From an uncultured cyanobacterium (GTDB lineage Bacteria; Cyanobacteriota; Vampirovibrionia; Vampirovibrionales; JAGQHJ01): a stretch of 64,000 nt of DNA. The stretch covers positions 2,250 through 66,249 of the forward strand of contig CALAJO010000033.1 in assembly GCA_937922745.1 (NCBI GenBank), given 5' to 3'. Made by a program: the position numbers and the translations under genes. The notes below the pieces were generated by a model, which was given only the letters and a program-made list of their open reading frames with translations, was not told the DNA's origin and did no database searches. Numbering within the stretch: position 1 is the first letter of the stretch; the number at the start of each line of letters is the position of its first letter. Below, piece by piece: positions 53,030 through 62,709 of this stretch.

Positions 53030-53060
53030 GGAGGCGCTCTACCAACTGAGCTAATCGCCC
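53022..53060 (-). pseudogene. 5' half (nt 1-39) of the host tRNA-Val(UAC) at attR
   Basis: Minus strand reads GGGCGATTAGCTCAGTTGGTAGAGCGCCTCCCTTACAAG, then continues into non-tRNA sequence CATGATTTGATT. Confidence 0.9.
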
Positions 53061-53157
53061 GTAACAAGACACTGATATAGGATACGAAAACCGAAGCGAA
53101 AAATCAACGAAGAATTTTCGGCTGCGTCTGTGAGAATTCACAGGCTTTCCGGAGGCG

Positions 53158-53191
53158 TAAAAAAGCGGGCTAAACAGGTTAGCCCGCTTTT
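53158..53191 (-). terminator. Intrinsic terminator of the aconitase gene
   Basis: Minus strand reads GCGGGCTAA-CCTGT-TTAGCCCGC followed by TTTTTT. Confidence 0.65.
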
Positions 53192-53211
53192 GGGAAAGAG
53201 TGACTACAAAC

Positions 53212-55488
53212 CTACTTTAATACAGGTTGGTTTGCGGCGTTAATGGCCGAACCGGCTTTAAACCAGCCAATCTGCTCGTTGGTCATAGAGTGGTTCAGGG
53301 TCAGTTCAACCGTGCTGCCATCGGCTTTATGCACCCGTGCGGTCATCGGCTGGCCTTGCTTGAGATCCTTCAGGTTGGGGATATCAATGCGATCGCCCTT
53401 GCTTACCTTGTCGTAATCCGCGGGGTTGGCAAAGGTAAAGGGAAGGATGCCCTGCTTCTTCAGGTTGGTTTCGTGGATTCGGGCAAAGCTGCGAACAATG
53501 ACGGCCTTGACGCCCAGGAAGCGGGGAGACATCGCGGCATGCTCGCGGCTGCTGCCTTCGCCGTAGTTTTCATCACCCACAATGATGCTGCCGCCAATTT
53601 CCGGATCCTTCTGGTATTCCATCGCCTTCAGCGCCCAAGGGGAAACGCCACGCTCACGGCCCAGTATGGTCATGCGGATGGGTTCGGCTTTTTGGCCGGT
53701 TTCCGCATCCACGGCGCCCAGCAGCATGTTGTTACTGATGCCGGCGAGGTGCCCCCGAAGCGGCAGCCAGTCAATCCCGGCAGGGGAGATGTGATCCGTG
53801 GTGGTCTGCCCCTTGGTCTTAATCAGCACAGGCAGGCTGGTGAAGTCTTTCCCGTCCCAGGGCTTAAAGGGTTCCAGCAGTTGCAGGCGCTCGCTGGCGG
53901 GAGAAATCTCGACCTCTACGCCTTGGCCGTTTTCAGCCGGCGGGAGATACCCTTCCGACGTGATCGAGAACCCGTTGGGTGGAATGTCCGCAGCGGTTGG
54001 CGCATCCAGTTTGATGCCTTCAATACTGTCCTTCATCGGGTTAAAGTGCAGGTCGCCGGAGAGGGCGTACACCATCACGAAGTCCGGGCTGGCCAGGAAG
54101 GATAATGTATCGGTGCGGCCATCGTTTCTGCCGGGGAAATTGCGGTTAAAGGACGATACGATGGAATTCTTAACGCCAGCCGGGAAATCGGTCCTGTCCC
54201 AGTTGCCGATACAAGGCCCGCAGGCGTTAGCCAGGACGGTGGCGCCGATATCGGTCAAGTCGGCGAGTTGCCCGTTTTCCTTAATGGTTTCCAGTACTTG
54301 CTGGGAGCCGGGTGTAATGAGGAGCTTGGTTTTCAGCTTAAGCCCCTTTTGCTTGGCCTGCCGCGCCAGGTTAGCCACCCGCTCCAAATCTTCGTAGGAG
54401 GAGTTGGTGCAACTTCCGATGAGGGCAGCGCTGGGTTGGGCCGGGTAGCCTTCGCTATCCACGCTGCTGGCAAACTGGCTTAAGGAATGTGCCTTGTCCG
54501 GGGAATGTGGCCCCACGATGTAAGGCTCCAGTTCGGACAGGTTGATTTCGATCAGCTCATCGTAATAAGCAGCGGGGTTGGCATCAACCTGCGGATCCGG
54601 ACGCAAGTGCTGCTGATGTGCTTCGGCCATGGCGGCAATTTCCTCTCGGCCGGTGGCACGCAGGTACGCGGCCATCTTGGCGTCAAACGCGAAGATGGAG
54701 CAGGTTGCGCCGAGTTCCGCGCCCATATTGGTGATGGTGGCCTTTCCTGTTGCGCTGATGCTTTCTGCGCCAGGGCCAAAGTATTCGATAATCTTATTGG
54801 TGCCGCCCTTGGTCGTCATTTTGCCCAGAATGTAGAGGATAATGTCTTTCGGGGTTGTCCAGCCCTGGAGTTGGCCGGTCAGCTTGACGCCGACCATTTT
54901 CGGCGCACGCACTTCCCAAGGAAGGCCCGCCATGGTTTCGGCTGCGTCGGAGCCGCCAACACCGATGGCCGCCATGCCCAGGCCGCCTGCATTGGGGGTA
55001 TGGCTGTCGGTTCCAATCATCAACCCGCCGGGGAAGGCGTATTTTTCCAGCACAACCTGGTGAATGATCCCGCTGCCGGGCTTCCAGAACCCGATGCCGT
55101 ACTTGGCCGCCGCAGAACGCAGGAAGTTGTAAACCTCGGCGTTTTCCTGGATGGCCCGTTCCATGTCTTCCTTCACGCCGGATTGCGCACGGATGAGGTG
55201 GTCGCAATGCACGGTCGAAGGAACGGCCGCTTTCTGCCGACCGGACTGCATAAATTGCAGCATGGCCATCTGGGCGGTTGCGTCCTGCATCGCCACGCGA
55301 TCCGGGCGCAAGGCCAGGGTACTCTGCCCTCGGATGACTTCCGTCGGGTATTTTTCAGGGTCAAAGTGGGAAAACAAAATTTTCTCGCCTAATGTCAAGG
55401 CATCCTTGCCAAACGTTTTACGGGCCTTCTCATGCGCGGACGCCAATTGGTCGTAAAGCGCCCTGATGCGGTTTTCAATGTCTGTCAT
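53212..55488 (-). CDS. Aconitate hydratase (monomeric ~760-aa, mitochondrial-type aconitase)
   Basis: From MTDIENRIRALYDQL: DRVAMQDATAQMAMLQF, GTDSHTPNAGGLG, CGPCIGNW and SSFNRNFPGRNDG are aconitase Fe-S cluster and substrate motifs. Confidence 0.92.
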   Translation of the reverse strand: MTDIENRIRALYDQLASAHEKARKTFGKDALTLGEKILFSHFDPEKYPTEVIRGQSTLALRPDRVAMQDATAQMAMLQFMQSGRQKAAVPSTVHCDHLIRAQSGVKEDMERAIQENAEVYNFLRSAAAKYGIGFWKPGSGIIHQVVLEKYAFPGGLMIGTDSHTPNAGGLGMAAIGVGGSDAAETMAGLPWEVRAPKMVGVKLTGQLQGWTTPKDIILYILGKMTTKGGTNKIIEYFGPGAESISATGKATITNMGAELGATCSIFAFDAKMAAYLRATGREEIAAMAEAHQQHLRPDPQVDANPAAYYDELIEINLSELEPYIVGPHSPDKAHSLSQFASSVDSEGYPAQPSAALIGSCTNSSYEDLERVANLARQAKQKGLKLKTKLLITPGSQQVLETIKENGQLADLTDIGATVLANACGPCIGNWDRTDFPAGVKNSIVSSFNRNFPGRNDGRTDTLSFLASPDFVMVYALSGDLHFNPMKDSIEGIKLDAPTAADIPPNGFSITSEGYLPPAENGQGVEVEISPASERLQLLEPFKPWDGKDFTSLPVLIKTKGQTTTDHISPAGIDWLPLRGHLAGISNNMLLGAVDAETGQKAEPIRMTILGRERGVSPWALKAMEYQKDPEIGGSIIVGDENYGEGSSREHAAMSPRFLGVKAVIVRSFARIHETNLKKQGILPFTFANPADYDKVSKGDRIDIPNLKDLKQGQPMTARVHKADGSTVELTLNHSMTNEQIGWFKAGSAINAANQPVLK

Positions 55489-55709
55489 CGAACTAAGCCT
55501 TCTCTTTAATTTGACTGAACCTACTACTATAGAACTATACGAAAATAACGATCGGACTTCAACCAAAGCCCTGCCGCGCCAGGCCAGGTTGCTTCAACGT
55601 CAGGCCGGGTGGTTGTTCAGTTTCTTGAAAATGCCGGCAGCAGCTTCATTATCCGACAACGCATCAATTTATACCAAACAAGGGATGTGGTTTAACGCCG
55701 TGCATCGCT

Positions 55710-57794
55710 ATGATGCAAGAGGCTGATCAGGTTTCATTTTCTGTATTGAAAAAAAGAAGTGAGTTAAATCCGTCCATGGCTGGCATTAATTCGTTAATTG
55801 CACAGGTAAACCGGCGTAAAAGCTGGATGATTGCGTCTGCAATCGTGTTGCCGCTGGCTACTTATGGGGTATGGCTGGCTTTGCCAAAACCGGTTACTGC
55901 CGCAAGTGTGGTCCAGTTCAGAACCCAGGCCGGGCAGCCACGAGCGAACATTAACCTGGATCGGATTGTTGCCAGGATGCAGCACGCTAAAAACTTGCTG
56001 GAACTTGAAAAAGCCGCTTCCGTTGAAAGTCTGGATCCCCATCATATTGCTTACCGTGTAAACCCATCCCAGCAGTCGATTACGATTACCGTGACAGATG
56101 AGCCTGCCCGCCGGGCAGAAGCACTGGCAAATGCCGGTGCTAAACAGATGGCCGATTCATTTAACGCAGCGCAAAAAGCGCATCTTGCGAAAGAAATAGC
56201 CCGTGTCCAAGAAGAAATTAATGCGTTAAAGCTTCATCAAAACCATCCGGCAATGGACGAAACACAACATGTCCCCTCAATCTCTACGGTTGAAAAGCAT
56301 CCCGCCGCTTCTTCCCTTGATCAGTTGCACCAGCTTTATGTTCGCCAGGAGCGGGAGAAAGCCCGGGTCGCCGCACTCCAGGGGCGTGTCAAAAAGCTTC
56401 TGCCATTGCTGAATCCGCCTCCTGCCAAAGTTCCCTTGGAAGCAACGAACGCTACGACCCAGGAAATCGAGAAACTCAAAAAGGCCTTGGCTGAAGCCAA
56501 GGTTAACCTGACATTATTGCAGGCTAAATACGGGCCACAGCATCCACGGTTGCAGCAAGGCCAATACCTGGTCAGCTCCCTGGAGCTTCAGCTTCTGGAC
56601 GCGATGGAAAAACAAGCGAAGAAGGCCGAAAGCAAGACGAGTTCACGACCTGGTAGCCATATTCCGCAGATCCGAAGTGAGCTGAACGCCATTCAGCAGG
56701 AACTGGGCCAGCACCAACAGGCCATGGCCGCCATCCAAAATGGGATCAGCGCCCTGGAACGGAACCTGTCTGAAGTGCCCCAGATGAATGAGACGGTACA
56801 TACGGAAGAAAAACAACCCCAGGCCAAGCCTGAACCAAACGAACCGGCCCTGAAGGCACTTAAGGATGAAGAAGCGCAGCTTAAAACCCAACTGCAACAT
56901 CCCAGCCCTTATGCCTATATCAGCAAAAAGGCGTCCGTTTCCCAGCCTTTACCCTGGCTATGGCTGTTGGGTAGCCTGCTCATTTCCCCCTTTGTTGGCC
57001 TGGCTTTGGCCTGCCTGTTTGAGAAAGCCAGGCGAAATCCCTATAACCCCGCCAAGATTGAAGATATTATCCACCTTCCCATCTTGCAGGAGATCCCCTT
57101 TGATGATCGGCTGTTTGCTTCGATGCCAGGCCATAAGAGCGACTACGAGGACTATATGCCCGAAACCCAACTATCCATTGCCCTGGTTCAAGATCAAAAT
57201 TCGGCAGCGGTGTATGATGCGTTGCTGGAGTTAAAGAATCGCCTGGCAGGCTATGCCACTAAAACCGAAAAGGTGTTTACCGTTCTCAGCCCATCCCAAG
57301 GCAGCGGCACAACGTTTTTGGCAGCTAATTTGGCCTGCCTGTTCGCGAAAGATGGATATCGGACGCTGCTCGTGGACGCCAACCTGATTCAACCGGAGAT
57401 CCATTCGGCCTTTTCCTTGTTGGAATCTCCGGGATTGATGAACGTATTGGATGATTCCGCCTCTATCAAGGACGCTATCAAGCCTGTAAAGCAGTTTGGT
57501 AAGCTGGCGGTGTTGCCGGCAGGTCAAGGATATGCCGATTCTCTGGACTATCTGAACCATCCCAGGTTGCATACGCTGATTGAAAGCCTGAAGAAGCATT
57601 TTGATGTGATCTTCTTCAATGCCCCGTCCGGTATGGATGCCATTGATTCCACGATTATTGCCAACCTGTCTCAAAAAGTCCTTTTGAATATGCGCCAGAA
57701 AGACGCCACGCTTCCCAATATCCGGCGCTGGCAAAAACAGCTGAGCCATGTTCAGCCTGAAAAAGTAGGACTGGTCATCAATTTCAAACAGTAA
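55710..57794 (+). CDS. Polysaccharide chain-length determinant / BY-kinase (Wzz domain, coiled coil, C-terminal P-loop tyrosine autokinase-like domain)
   Basis: N-terminal TM plus Wzz-like region, a long coiled coil, a second TM, then VLSPSQGSGTTFLAANLACLFAKDGYRTLLVDANL (Walker A-like) and FDVIFFNAPS (Walker B-like). Confidence 0.75.
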   Translation: MMQEADQVSFSVLKKRSELNPSMAGINSLIAQVNRRKSWMIASAIVLPLATYGVWLALPKPVTAASVVQFRTQAGQPRANINLDRIVARMQHAKNLLELEKAASVESLDPHHIAYRVNPSQQSITITVTDEPARRAEALANAGAKQMADSFNAAQKAHLAKEIARVQEEINALKLHQNHPAMDETQHVPSISTVEKHPAASSLDQLHQLYVRQEREKARVAALQGRVKKLLPLLNPPPAKVPLEATNATTQEIEKLKKALAEAKVNLTLLQAKYGPQHPRLQQGQYLVSSLELQLLDAMEKQAKKAESKTSSRPGSHIPQIRSELNAIQQELGQHQQAMAAIQNGISALERNLSEVPQMNETVHTEEKQPQAKPEPNEPALKALKDEEAQLKTQLQHPSPYAYISKKASVSQPLPWLWLLGSLLISPFVGLALACLFEKARRNPYNPAKIEDIIHLPILQEIPFDDRLFASMPGHKSDYEDYMPETQLSIALVQDQNSAAVYDALLELKNRLAGYATKTEKVFTVLSPSQGSGTTFLAANLACLFAKDGYRTLLVDANLIQPEIHSAFSLLESPGLMNVLDDSASIKDAIKPVKQFGKLAVLPAGQGYADSLDYLNHPRLHTLIESLKKHFDVIFFNAPSGMDAIDSTIIANLSQKVLLNMRQKDATLPNIRRWQKQLSHVQPEKVGLVINFKQ

Positions 57795-58039
57795 GGATAT
57801 CCGGGAACAATTGAATCCCTGTCATCAGTGGAAATTTGGCTAACCAAAAGAAATGTAAAATCGCGACAGCTTTGATGACATTGTGTAAGCATTGTTCCTA
57901 TGCGCGGTTTTCGAGAAAAAATGCTTCCTTTTGGATAAAATATTTTCAAATCCCCTCTTTTACTTTTATATTTGCCGGGTAAAATCTTTCTTGTTAAGAT
58001 ACTTTGTTAAACGGGTATAAAGCAGTTCTGCCTAAACCT

Positions 58040-58067
58040 GTTGACATGTGGGATTGACCTAATAAGA
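58040..58067 (+). promoter_or_regulatory. Sigma70-like promoter for the tRNA-tuf cluster (TTGACA-16 nt-TAAGAT)
   Basis: The -35 TTGACA is at 58040-58045 and the -10 TAAGAT at 62-67, ~15 nt before the tRNA-Thr 5' end. Confidence 0.4.
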
Positions 58068-58081
58068 TTAAATCCCCGCCT

Positions 58082-58153
58082 GCCGGTGTAGCTCAATGGC
58101 AGAGCAACGGTTTTGTAAACCGTAGGTTGCGGGTTCGAGTCCCATCACCGGCT
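58082..58153 (+). tRNA. tRNA-Thr (anticodon UGU)
   Basis: GCCGGTGTAGCTCAATGGCAGAGCAACGGTTTTGTAAACCGT...CACCGGCT with anticodon loop TTTGTAA. No encoded CCA. Confidence 0.9.
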
Positions 58154-58177
58154 CACTTCAATGTTCTCCTCTCCTAT

Positions 58178-58261
58178 GGGCAGGTGTCCGAGTGGTTAAA
58201 GGAGGCGGTCTGTAAAACCGTTGCATACGCTACGTTGGTTCGAATCCAACCCTGCCCACCA
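58178..58261 (+). tRNA. tRNA-Tyr (anticodon GUA), long variable arm
   Basis: GGGCAGGTGTCCGAGTGGTTAAAGGAGGCGGTCTGTAAAACCGT...CCTGCCCACCA with loop CTGTAAA. Confidence 0.9.
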
Positions 58262-58322
58262 CTCTTAAGCAAGAACTAGCAGCCGTGCGTTGATTGGACT
58301 TGCAGACGAACAAAGAAGTAAT

Positions 58323-58394
58323 GCCCATGTGGCGCAGAGGTAGCGCATCCCCTTGGTAAGGGGAAGGCCACGAGTTCGAATCTCGTCATGGGCT
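58323..58394 (+). tRNA. tRNA-Thr (anticodon GGU)
   Basis: GCCCATGTGGCGCAGAGGTAGCGCATCCCCTTGGTAAGGGGA...CATGGGCT with loop TTGGTAA. Confidence 0.9.
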
Positions 58395-58512
58395 TTTTTC
58401 TTTCATATCTTTGTGTTTTATTGTGTATGCTTTTGTGATTAAAATTGAAGCCAAAGTTCCAAATCTGTTAGCAACGATAAGGGAAAGTCATTAGAAAAAG
58501 GAGATAACGAGA

Positions 58513-59727
58513 ATGGCCCGGGAAAAGTTTGAACGGAAGAAGCCACACGTCAATATCGGAACAATTGGTCACGTTGACCACGGTAAAACAACACTCACCG
58601 CTGCAATCACCTTCGTATTGTCTGCAGCCGGTGGTGCGCAAGCAAGAGCATTCGACGAAATTGACTCTGCGCCGGAAGAGAAAGCACGCGGTATTACCAT
58701 TGCAACCGCCCACGTTGAATACGAAACCGACAATCGTCACTACGCCCACGTAGATTGCCCCGGCCACGCCGACTACGTTAAGAACATGATTACCGGTGCT
58801 GCCCAGATGGATGGCGCGATCCTGGTTATCTCCGCAGCCGATGGCCCGATGCCCCAGACTCGCGAGCATATTCTGCTGGCCCGTCAGGTTGGTGTTCCCA
58901 ACATGGTTGTCTTCCTCAACAAATGCGACATGGTTGACGATCCCGAGTTGCTCGACCTGGTTGAAATGGAAGCCCGCGAACTGCTGAGCCAATACCAGTT
59001 CGATGGCGACAACATTCCGTTCGTCCGTGGTTCTGCCTTGAAAGCGCTGGAGCAAATGCAAGCCAACTCCGCCAGCAAGCGCGGCGATAACGAGTGGATC
59101 GACAAAATTTACGAACTGATGGATGCTGTTGACAGCTTCATTCCAGTTCCGGATCGTCCGATCGACCAGCCTTTCCTGATGCCGATCGAGGACGTGTTCA
59201 CCATCCCCGGTCGCGGTACCGTTGTAACCGGCCGTATCGAGCGTGGTCAAATCAAGGTTGGCGACGAAGTCGAAATCATCGGTATGGGTGATACCCGTAA
59301 GACCACTGTCACCGGTGTTGAGATGTTCCGTAAGCAGCTCGACCATGGTATGGCGGGTGATAACGTGGGTACCTTGCTCCGTGGTATTGATAAGAGCTCC
59401 GTTGAGCGTGGTCAGGTTCTGGCAGCTCCCGGTAGCATCAAGCCCCACACCAAGTTCAAGGCCAACATCTACGTTCTGACCAAAGAAGAAGGCGGTCGTC
59501 ACACCCCGTTCTTCAAAGGATACCGCCCTCAGTTCTACGTCAGAACGACCGACGTGACCGGCACCATTACGCTGCCCGAGAACGTTGAAATGGTAATGCC
59601 TGGCGACAACATTATGATCGAGGTTGAGCTCGTGACCCCTGTTGCTATGGAAACCGGGATGCGCTTCGCGATCCGCGAAGGCGGCAGAACCGTTGGTTCC
59701 GGCATTATCGATAGCATCACCGAATAA
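58513..59727 (+). CDS. tuf: Elongation factor Tu
   Basis: [17 protein letters not shown] and NKCD are present. It contains the cyanobacterial/plastid-type insertion [23 protein letters not shown]. Confidence 0.98.
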   Translation: MAREKFERKKPHVNIGTIGHVDHGKTTLTAAITFVLSAAGGAQARAFDEIDSAPEEKARGITIATAHVEYETDNRHYAHVDCPGHADYVKNMITGAAQMDGAILVISAADGPMPQTREHILLARQVGVPNMVVFLNKCDMVDDPELLDLVEMEARELLSQYQFDGDNIPFVRGSALKALEQMQANSASKRGDNEWIDKIYELMDAVDSFIPVPDRPIDQPFLMPIEDVFTIPGRGTVVTGRIERGQIKVGDEVEIIGMGDTRKTTVTGVEMFRKQLDHGMAGDNVGTLLRGIDKSSVERGQVLAAPGSIKPHTKFKANIYVLTKEEGGRHTPFFKGYRPQFYVRTTDVTGTITLPENVEMVMPGDNIMIEVELVTPVAMETGMRFAIREGGRTVGSGIIDSITE

Positions 59728-59764
59728 TTACGATAGATATACAGAAAACGTAGGAAGAAGGAAT

Positions 59765-60091
59765 ATGGCAACACCTCGTAAACAGAAAAAACAACGTATC
59801 CGGGTTCGGTTACAGGCGTTTGATCATCGCTTGCTGGACAGTTCAGCCGAAAGATTGGTTGAAGTTGCCCGCCAAAGCAATTGCAAGGTTGTTGGCCCGA
59901 TTCCTCTTCCTACGCATCGTCAAATCTTCTGCGTGTTGCGTTCGCCGCATGCAGATAAAAAGTCCCGCGAACACTTTGAGATCCGTACGCACAAGCGCAT
60001 CATCGATATCGAAGACCCAACCCATGAGACTATGGAACAGTTGAGTCGTCTCGATATGCCTGCGGGTGTGGATATCGAGGTTAAGCTCTAA
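59765..60091 (+). CDS. rpsJ: 30S ribosomal protein S10
   Basis: From the ATG at 59765: ...[24 protein letters not shown]...GPIPLPT...[28 protein letters not shown]. Confidence 0.95.
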   Translation: MATPRKQKKQRIRVRLQAFDHRLLDSSAERLVEVARQSNCKVVGPIPLPTHRQIFCVLRSPHADKKSREHFEIRTHKRIIDIEDPTHETMEQLSRLDMPAGVDIEVKL

Positions 60092-60097
60092 GCTCTA

Positions 60098-60135
60098 AAG
60101 GGAAATGGTGCCGTTTACAAAGCACCATTTCCCTT
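60098..60135 (+). other. Perfect 14-bp hairpin in the unusually long rpsJ-rplC spacer
   Basis: AAGGGAAATGGTGC-10 nt-GCACCATTTCCCTT. No U-tract follows it. Confidence 0.5.
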
Positions 60136-60262
60136 ATTAAGCAATTCAATCCACATGCTTGATATTAAAATCCGATTGTACTACATTTATATTCCCCAGT
60201 AATCACACCTTATTGCTCCCTTTACGTCGTCAAAGGAAGAAGCGTAAGAAAGAGAAGGAACC

Positions 60263-60919
60263 ATGACCTTACAAGGAACGATAGGCAAAAAAGCCGGAAT
60301 GACGCAAGTCTTCAACGAAAACGGAGATGCCGTGCCCGTTACGGTGATTGAGCTTCTTCCGCTCACCGTTGCCCAAGTTAAAACCAAGGAAAACGACGGA
60401 TATTCCGCAATCCAGGTTGCATATCAGGAAGGTAAAGAAAAACACCTGTCCAAGGCTGAGCAAGGCCACTTTAAAAAGAACGGCCTGTCACTGTTCCGTC
60501 ATTTGCAAGAATTTCGTATTGCCCAGTCCGAGGAAGCGTCCTTCCAGGTGGGGCAATTGATTGCTCCGGATTTCCTGGCTGATTTGGCCCGTGTGAATGT
60601 GACCGGTCGCTCTATCGGTAAGGGGTTTGCTGGTCGTATTAAGCGTCACAATTTTGCTCGGGGCCCGATGACCCACGGTTCCAAATCCCACCGTCTCCCT
60701 GGTTCGATTGGGGCTGGTACAACGCCAGGCCGCGTCTTTAAGGGGTTGAGAATGGCTGGGCACATGGGTGATGAGCAAGTGACCGTTGAAAACCTCCAAG
60801 TGGTTCTGGTGGATTCCGAGAAGAATTTGTTGTTAGTAAAAGGTGCTGTTCCAGGGAAGACCGGTAGTATCCTTTTCATCCGCCCCCGCAAGGTCATCGG
60901 CGGAAAGCAGGAGCAATAA
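60263..60919 (+). CDS. rplC: 50S ribosomal protein L3
   Basis: GKKAGMTQVF...VTVIE... and KGFAGRIKRHNF..GP.THGS.SHR.PGSIG. Confidence 0.96.
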   Translation: MTLQGTIGKKAGMTQVFNENGDAVPVTVIELLPLTVAQVKTKENDGYSAIQVAYQEGKEKHLSKAEQGHFKKNGLSLFRHLQEFRIAQSEEASFQVGQLIAPDFLADLARVNVTGRSIGKGFAGRIKRHNFARGPMTHGSKSHRLPGSIGAGTTPGRVFKGLRMAGHMGDEQVTVENLQVVLVDSEKNLLLVKGAVPGKTGSILFIRPRKVIGGKQEQ

Positions 60920-60922
60920 GCT

Positions 60923-61573
60923 ATGGCAGTTAAAGTTAAAAAGATTGATGCTCAAGGCAAAGAAGCCGGTGCCATTGAATTGATGGATGAAGTGTTTGGC
61001 ACCCAGCCCAACCTTCATGTAATGCACCTGGCCGTTAAGCGTGAATTGGCAAACGGTCGTGCTGGTACCGCCAGTACATTAACCCGCGGTGAAGTTCGTG
61101 GGGGTGGTAAAAAGCCCTGGAAGCAAAAAGGAACAGGTCGTGCCCGTGCCGGTAGTATCCGTAGTCCGTTATGGAAGGGCGGCGGTGTTATCTTTGGACC
61201 GAAGCCGCGCAGCTTTGAAATGAGCATGCCGAAGAAAATGCGTCGTCTGGCAATCAAGTCCGCTCTGTCGGTTGCTGCTACCGAAGGTAAATTGCAAGTG
61301 GTAGATAGCTTCACCTTTTTGTCCGAGCCTAAGACGAAATTGATGAACAATTTTATCGCCGGTATGGGGCTGAAAGAGAAAAAAGTCCTTATCCTGGTTG
61401 ATTACAAGGATGATGCAAACAAGAATCTGGGTTTAGCTGCCCGTAACCTGCCGGAGATCAAGTTGCGTCTCCCGCTGAATTTGAGCGTTAAGGATCTGAT
61501 TTTGGCGGATGCGGTGATTGCAACGGAGCAAGCCCTTCAGGAAATCAACGAAAGGTTTGGCAATCATGTCTAG
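60923..61573 (+). CDS. rplD: 50S ribosomal protein L4
   Basis: GGGKKPWKQKGTGRARAGSIRSPLWKGGGVIFGPKPR. Confidence 0.96.
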   Translation: MAVKVKKIDAQGKEAGAIELMDEVFGTQPNLHVMHLAVKRELANGRAGTASTLTRGEVRGGGKKPWKQKGTGRARAGSIRSPLWKGGGVIFGPKPRSFEMSMPKKMRRLAIKSALSVAATEGKLQVVDSFTFLSEPKTKLMNNFIAGMGLKEKKVLILVDYKDDANKNLGLAARNLPEIKLRLPLNLSVKDLILADAVIATEQALQEINERFGNHV

Positions 61574-61862
61574 TCGTGAGCAATACTATAAATTGATCAA
61601 GCGCCCTATCGTTACTGAGAAGGCAATGGCGTTGACCGCAGAAAACCAATACACCTTCGAAGTAGATATCAATGCCAATAAAATTGAGTTGACAAAGGCT
61701 TTTGAATTGATTTACCCCGATCGCAAGGTGGTCAAGATTCAAACCGTCAAAATGTATCCGCAGGAAAAAAGGGTAGGTCGCCGTTCAGGCCACACATCTG
61801 TTGGTAAAAAGGCAATTTTTACTATCCAGGGTGAACCTATCGAAGTATTTACAGGAGCTTAA
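61566..61862 (+). CDS. rplW: 50S ribosomal protein L23
   Basis: From the ATG at 61566: [14 protein letters not shown]...[17 protein letters not shown]. Confidence 0.93.
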   Translation: MSSREQYYKLIKRPIVTEKAMALTAENQYTFEVDINANKIELTKAFELIYPDRKVVKIQTVKMYPQEKRVGRRSGHTSVGKKAIFTIQGEPIEVFTGA

Positions 61863-61867
61863 CGGCA

Positions 61868-62698
61868 ATGGGTATTAAGACATTAAAACCAACCTCCCCT
61901 GGCCAGCGCGGCATGTCTGTCTCCGACTTCGAGGAGATTACGACAGATAAGCCTTATAAGCCTTTATTAGCAAAATTGGCAAACCGTTCAGGCCGTAACA
62001 ACTATGGCCGCATTACCTGCCGTCATAAAGGGAATCGCCATAAGCGCGCTTATCGCATTATCGATTTCAAGCGTAACAAGCTGGGTATTCCTGCTACGGT
62101 TGAGACCATTGAGTATGATCCAAACCGTAACGTTCGGATTGCTTTGCTTTTGTACGCAGATGGTGAAAGACGATATATTCTTCATCCGCAAGGCGTTAAA
62201 GTTGGCGATTCTATTTTCGCTGGCCCTGAAGCCGAAATAAGCAATGGGAATGCGCTGCCGCTGAAAAATGTTCCTTTGGGTTCGTTTGTTCATAATATTG
62301 AGCTCGTTCCGGGGAATGGCGGTAAAATTGTCCGCAGTGCTGGGTGTGGTGCTCAGTTGGTTGCAAAAGAAAATGGCTACGCCACGTTAAAGCTGCCCAG
62401 TGGCGAAATGCGGATGGTTTCAGAAAAATGCTATGCCACCTTGGGAAGTCTAGGTAATGCAGAGCACAAAAACATCAAAATTGGTAAAGCCGGTAGAAAG
62501 CGCCATATGGGTATTCGTCCCACCGTTCGCGGTGTGGTGATGAACCCGGTTGATCACCCGCACGGCGGTGGTGAAGGAAAGGCTCCTATTGGCCGTCCTG
62601 CTCCCGTTACGCCTTGGGGTAAAGTTGCTTTGGGTTATAAGACCAGAAAGCGTAAGAAGCTTTCTAACAAGTATATTGTAAGACGCCGCACACGTTAG
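61868..62698 (+). CDS. rplB: 50S ribosomal protein L2
   Basis: ...GRNN.GRIT.RHKGG.HKR.YR.IDFKR... and [13 protein letters not shown]. Confidence 0.97.
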   Translation: MGIKTLKPTSPGQRGMSVSDFEEITTDKPYKPLLAKLANRSGRNNYGRITCRHKGNRHKRAYRIIDFKRNKLGIPATVETIEYDPNRNVRIALLLYADGERRYILHPQGVKVGDSIFAGPEAEISNGNALPLKNVPLGSFVHNIELVPGNGGKIVRSAGCGAQLVAKENGYATLKLPSGEMRMVSEKCYATLGSLGNAEHKNIKIGKAGRKRHMGIRPTVRGVVMNPVDHPHGGGEGKAPIGRPAPVTPWGKVALGYKTRKRKKLSNKYIVRRRTR

Positions 62699-62709
62699 GA
62701 ATATAAGAC

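Noticed and set aside
53227-55456. Series of long plus-strand ORFs (292, 199, 301, 101 aa, etc.) opposite the aconitase gene
   Set aside because: They are antisense shadow ORFs in a GC-rich gene. The translations are low-complexity (Gly/Arg/Ala/Val-rich). The minus frame encodes a full aconitase.
55757-55772. AAGAAGTGAGTTAAAT in the host BY-kinase gene, resembling the AAGTGAGTAG repeat
   Set aside because: It is a single, imperfect unit inside a host coding region, far from att. It is probably a chance match, but it is a caveat for the arm-site interpretation.
58468-59502. 344-aa minus-strand ORF opposite tuf, and the similar 63328-63921 ORF opposite rpsC
   Set aside because: Both are antisense to universally conserved genes and have no start context. 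They are artefacts of codon bias.
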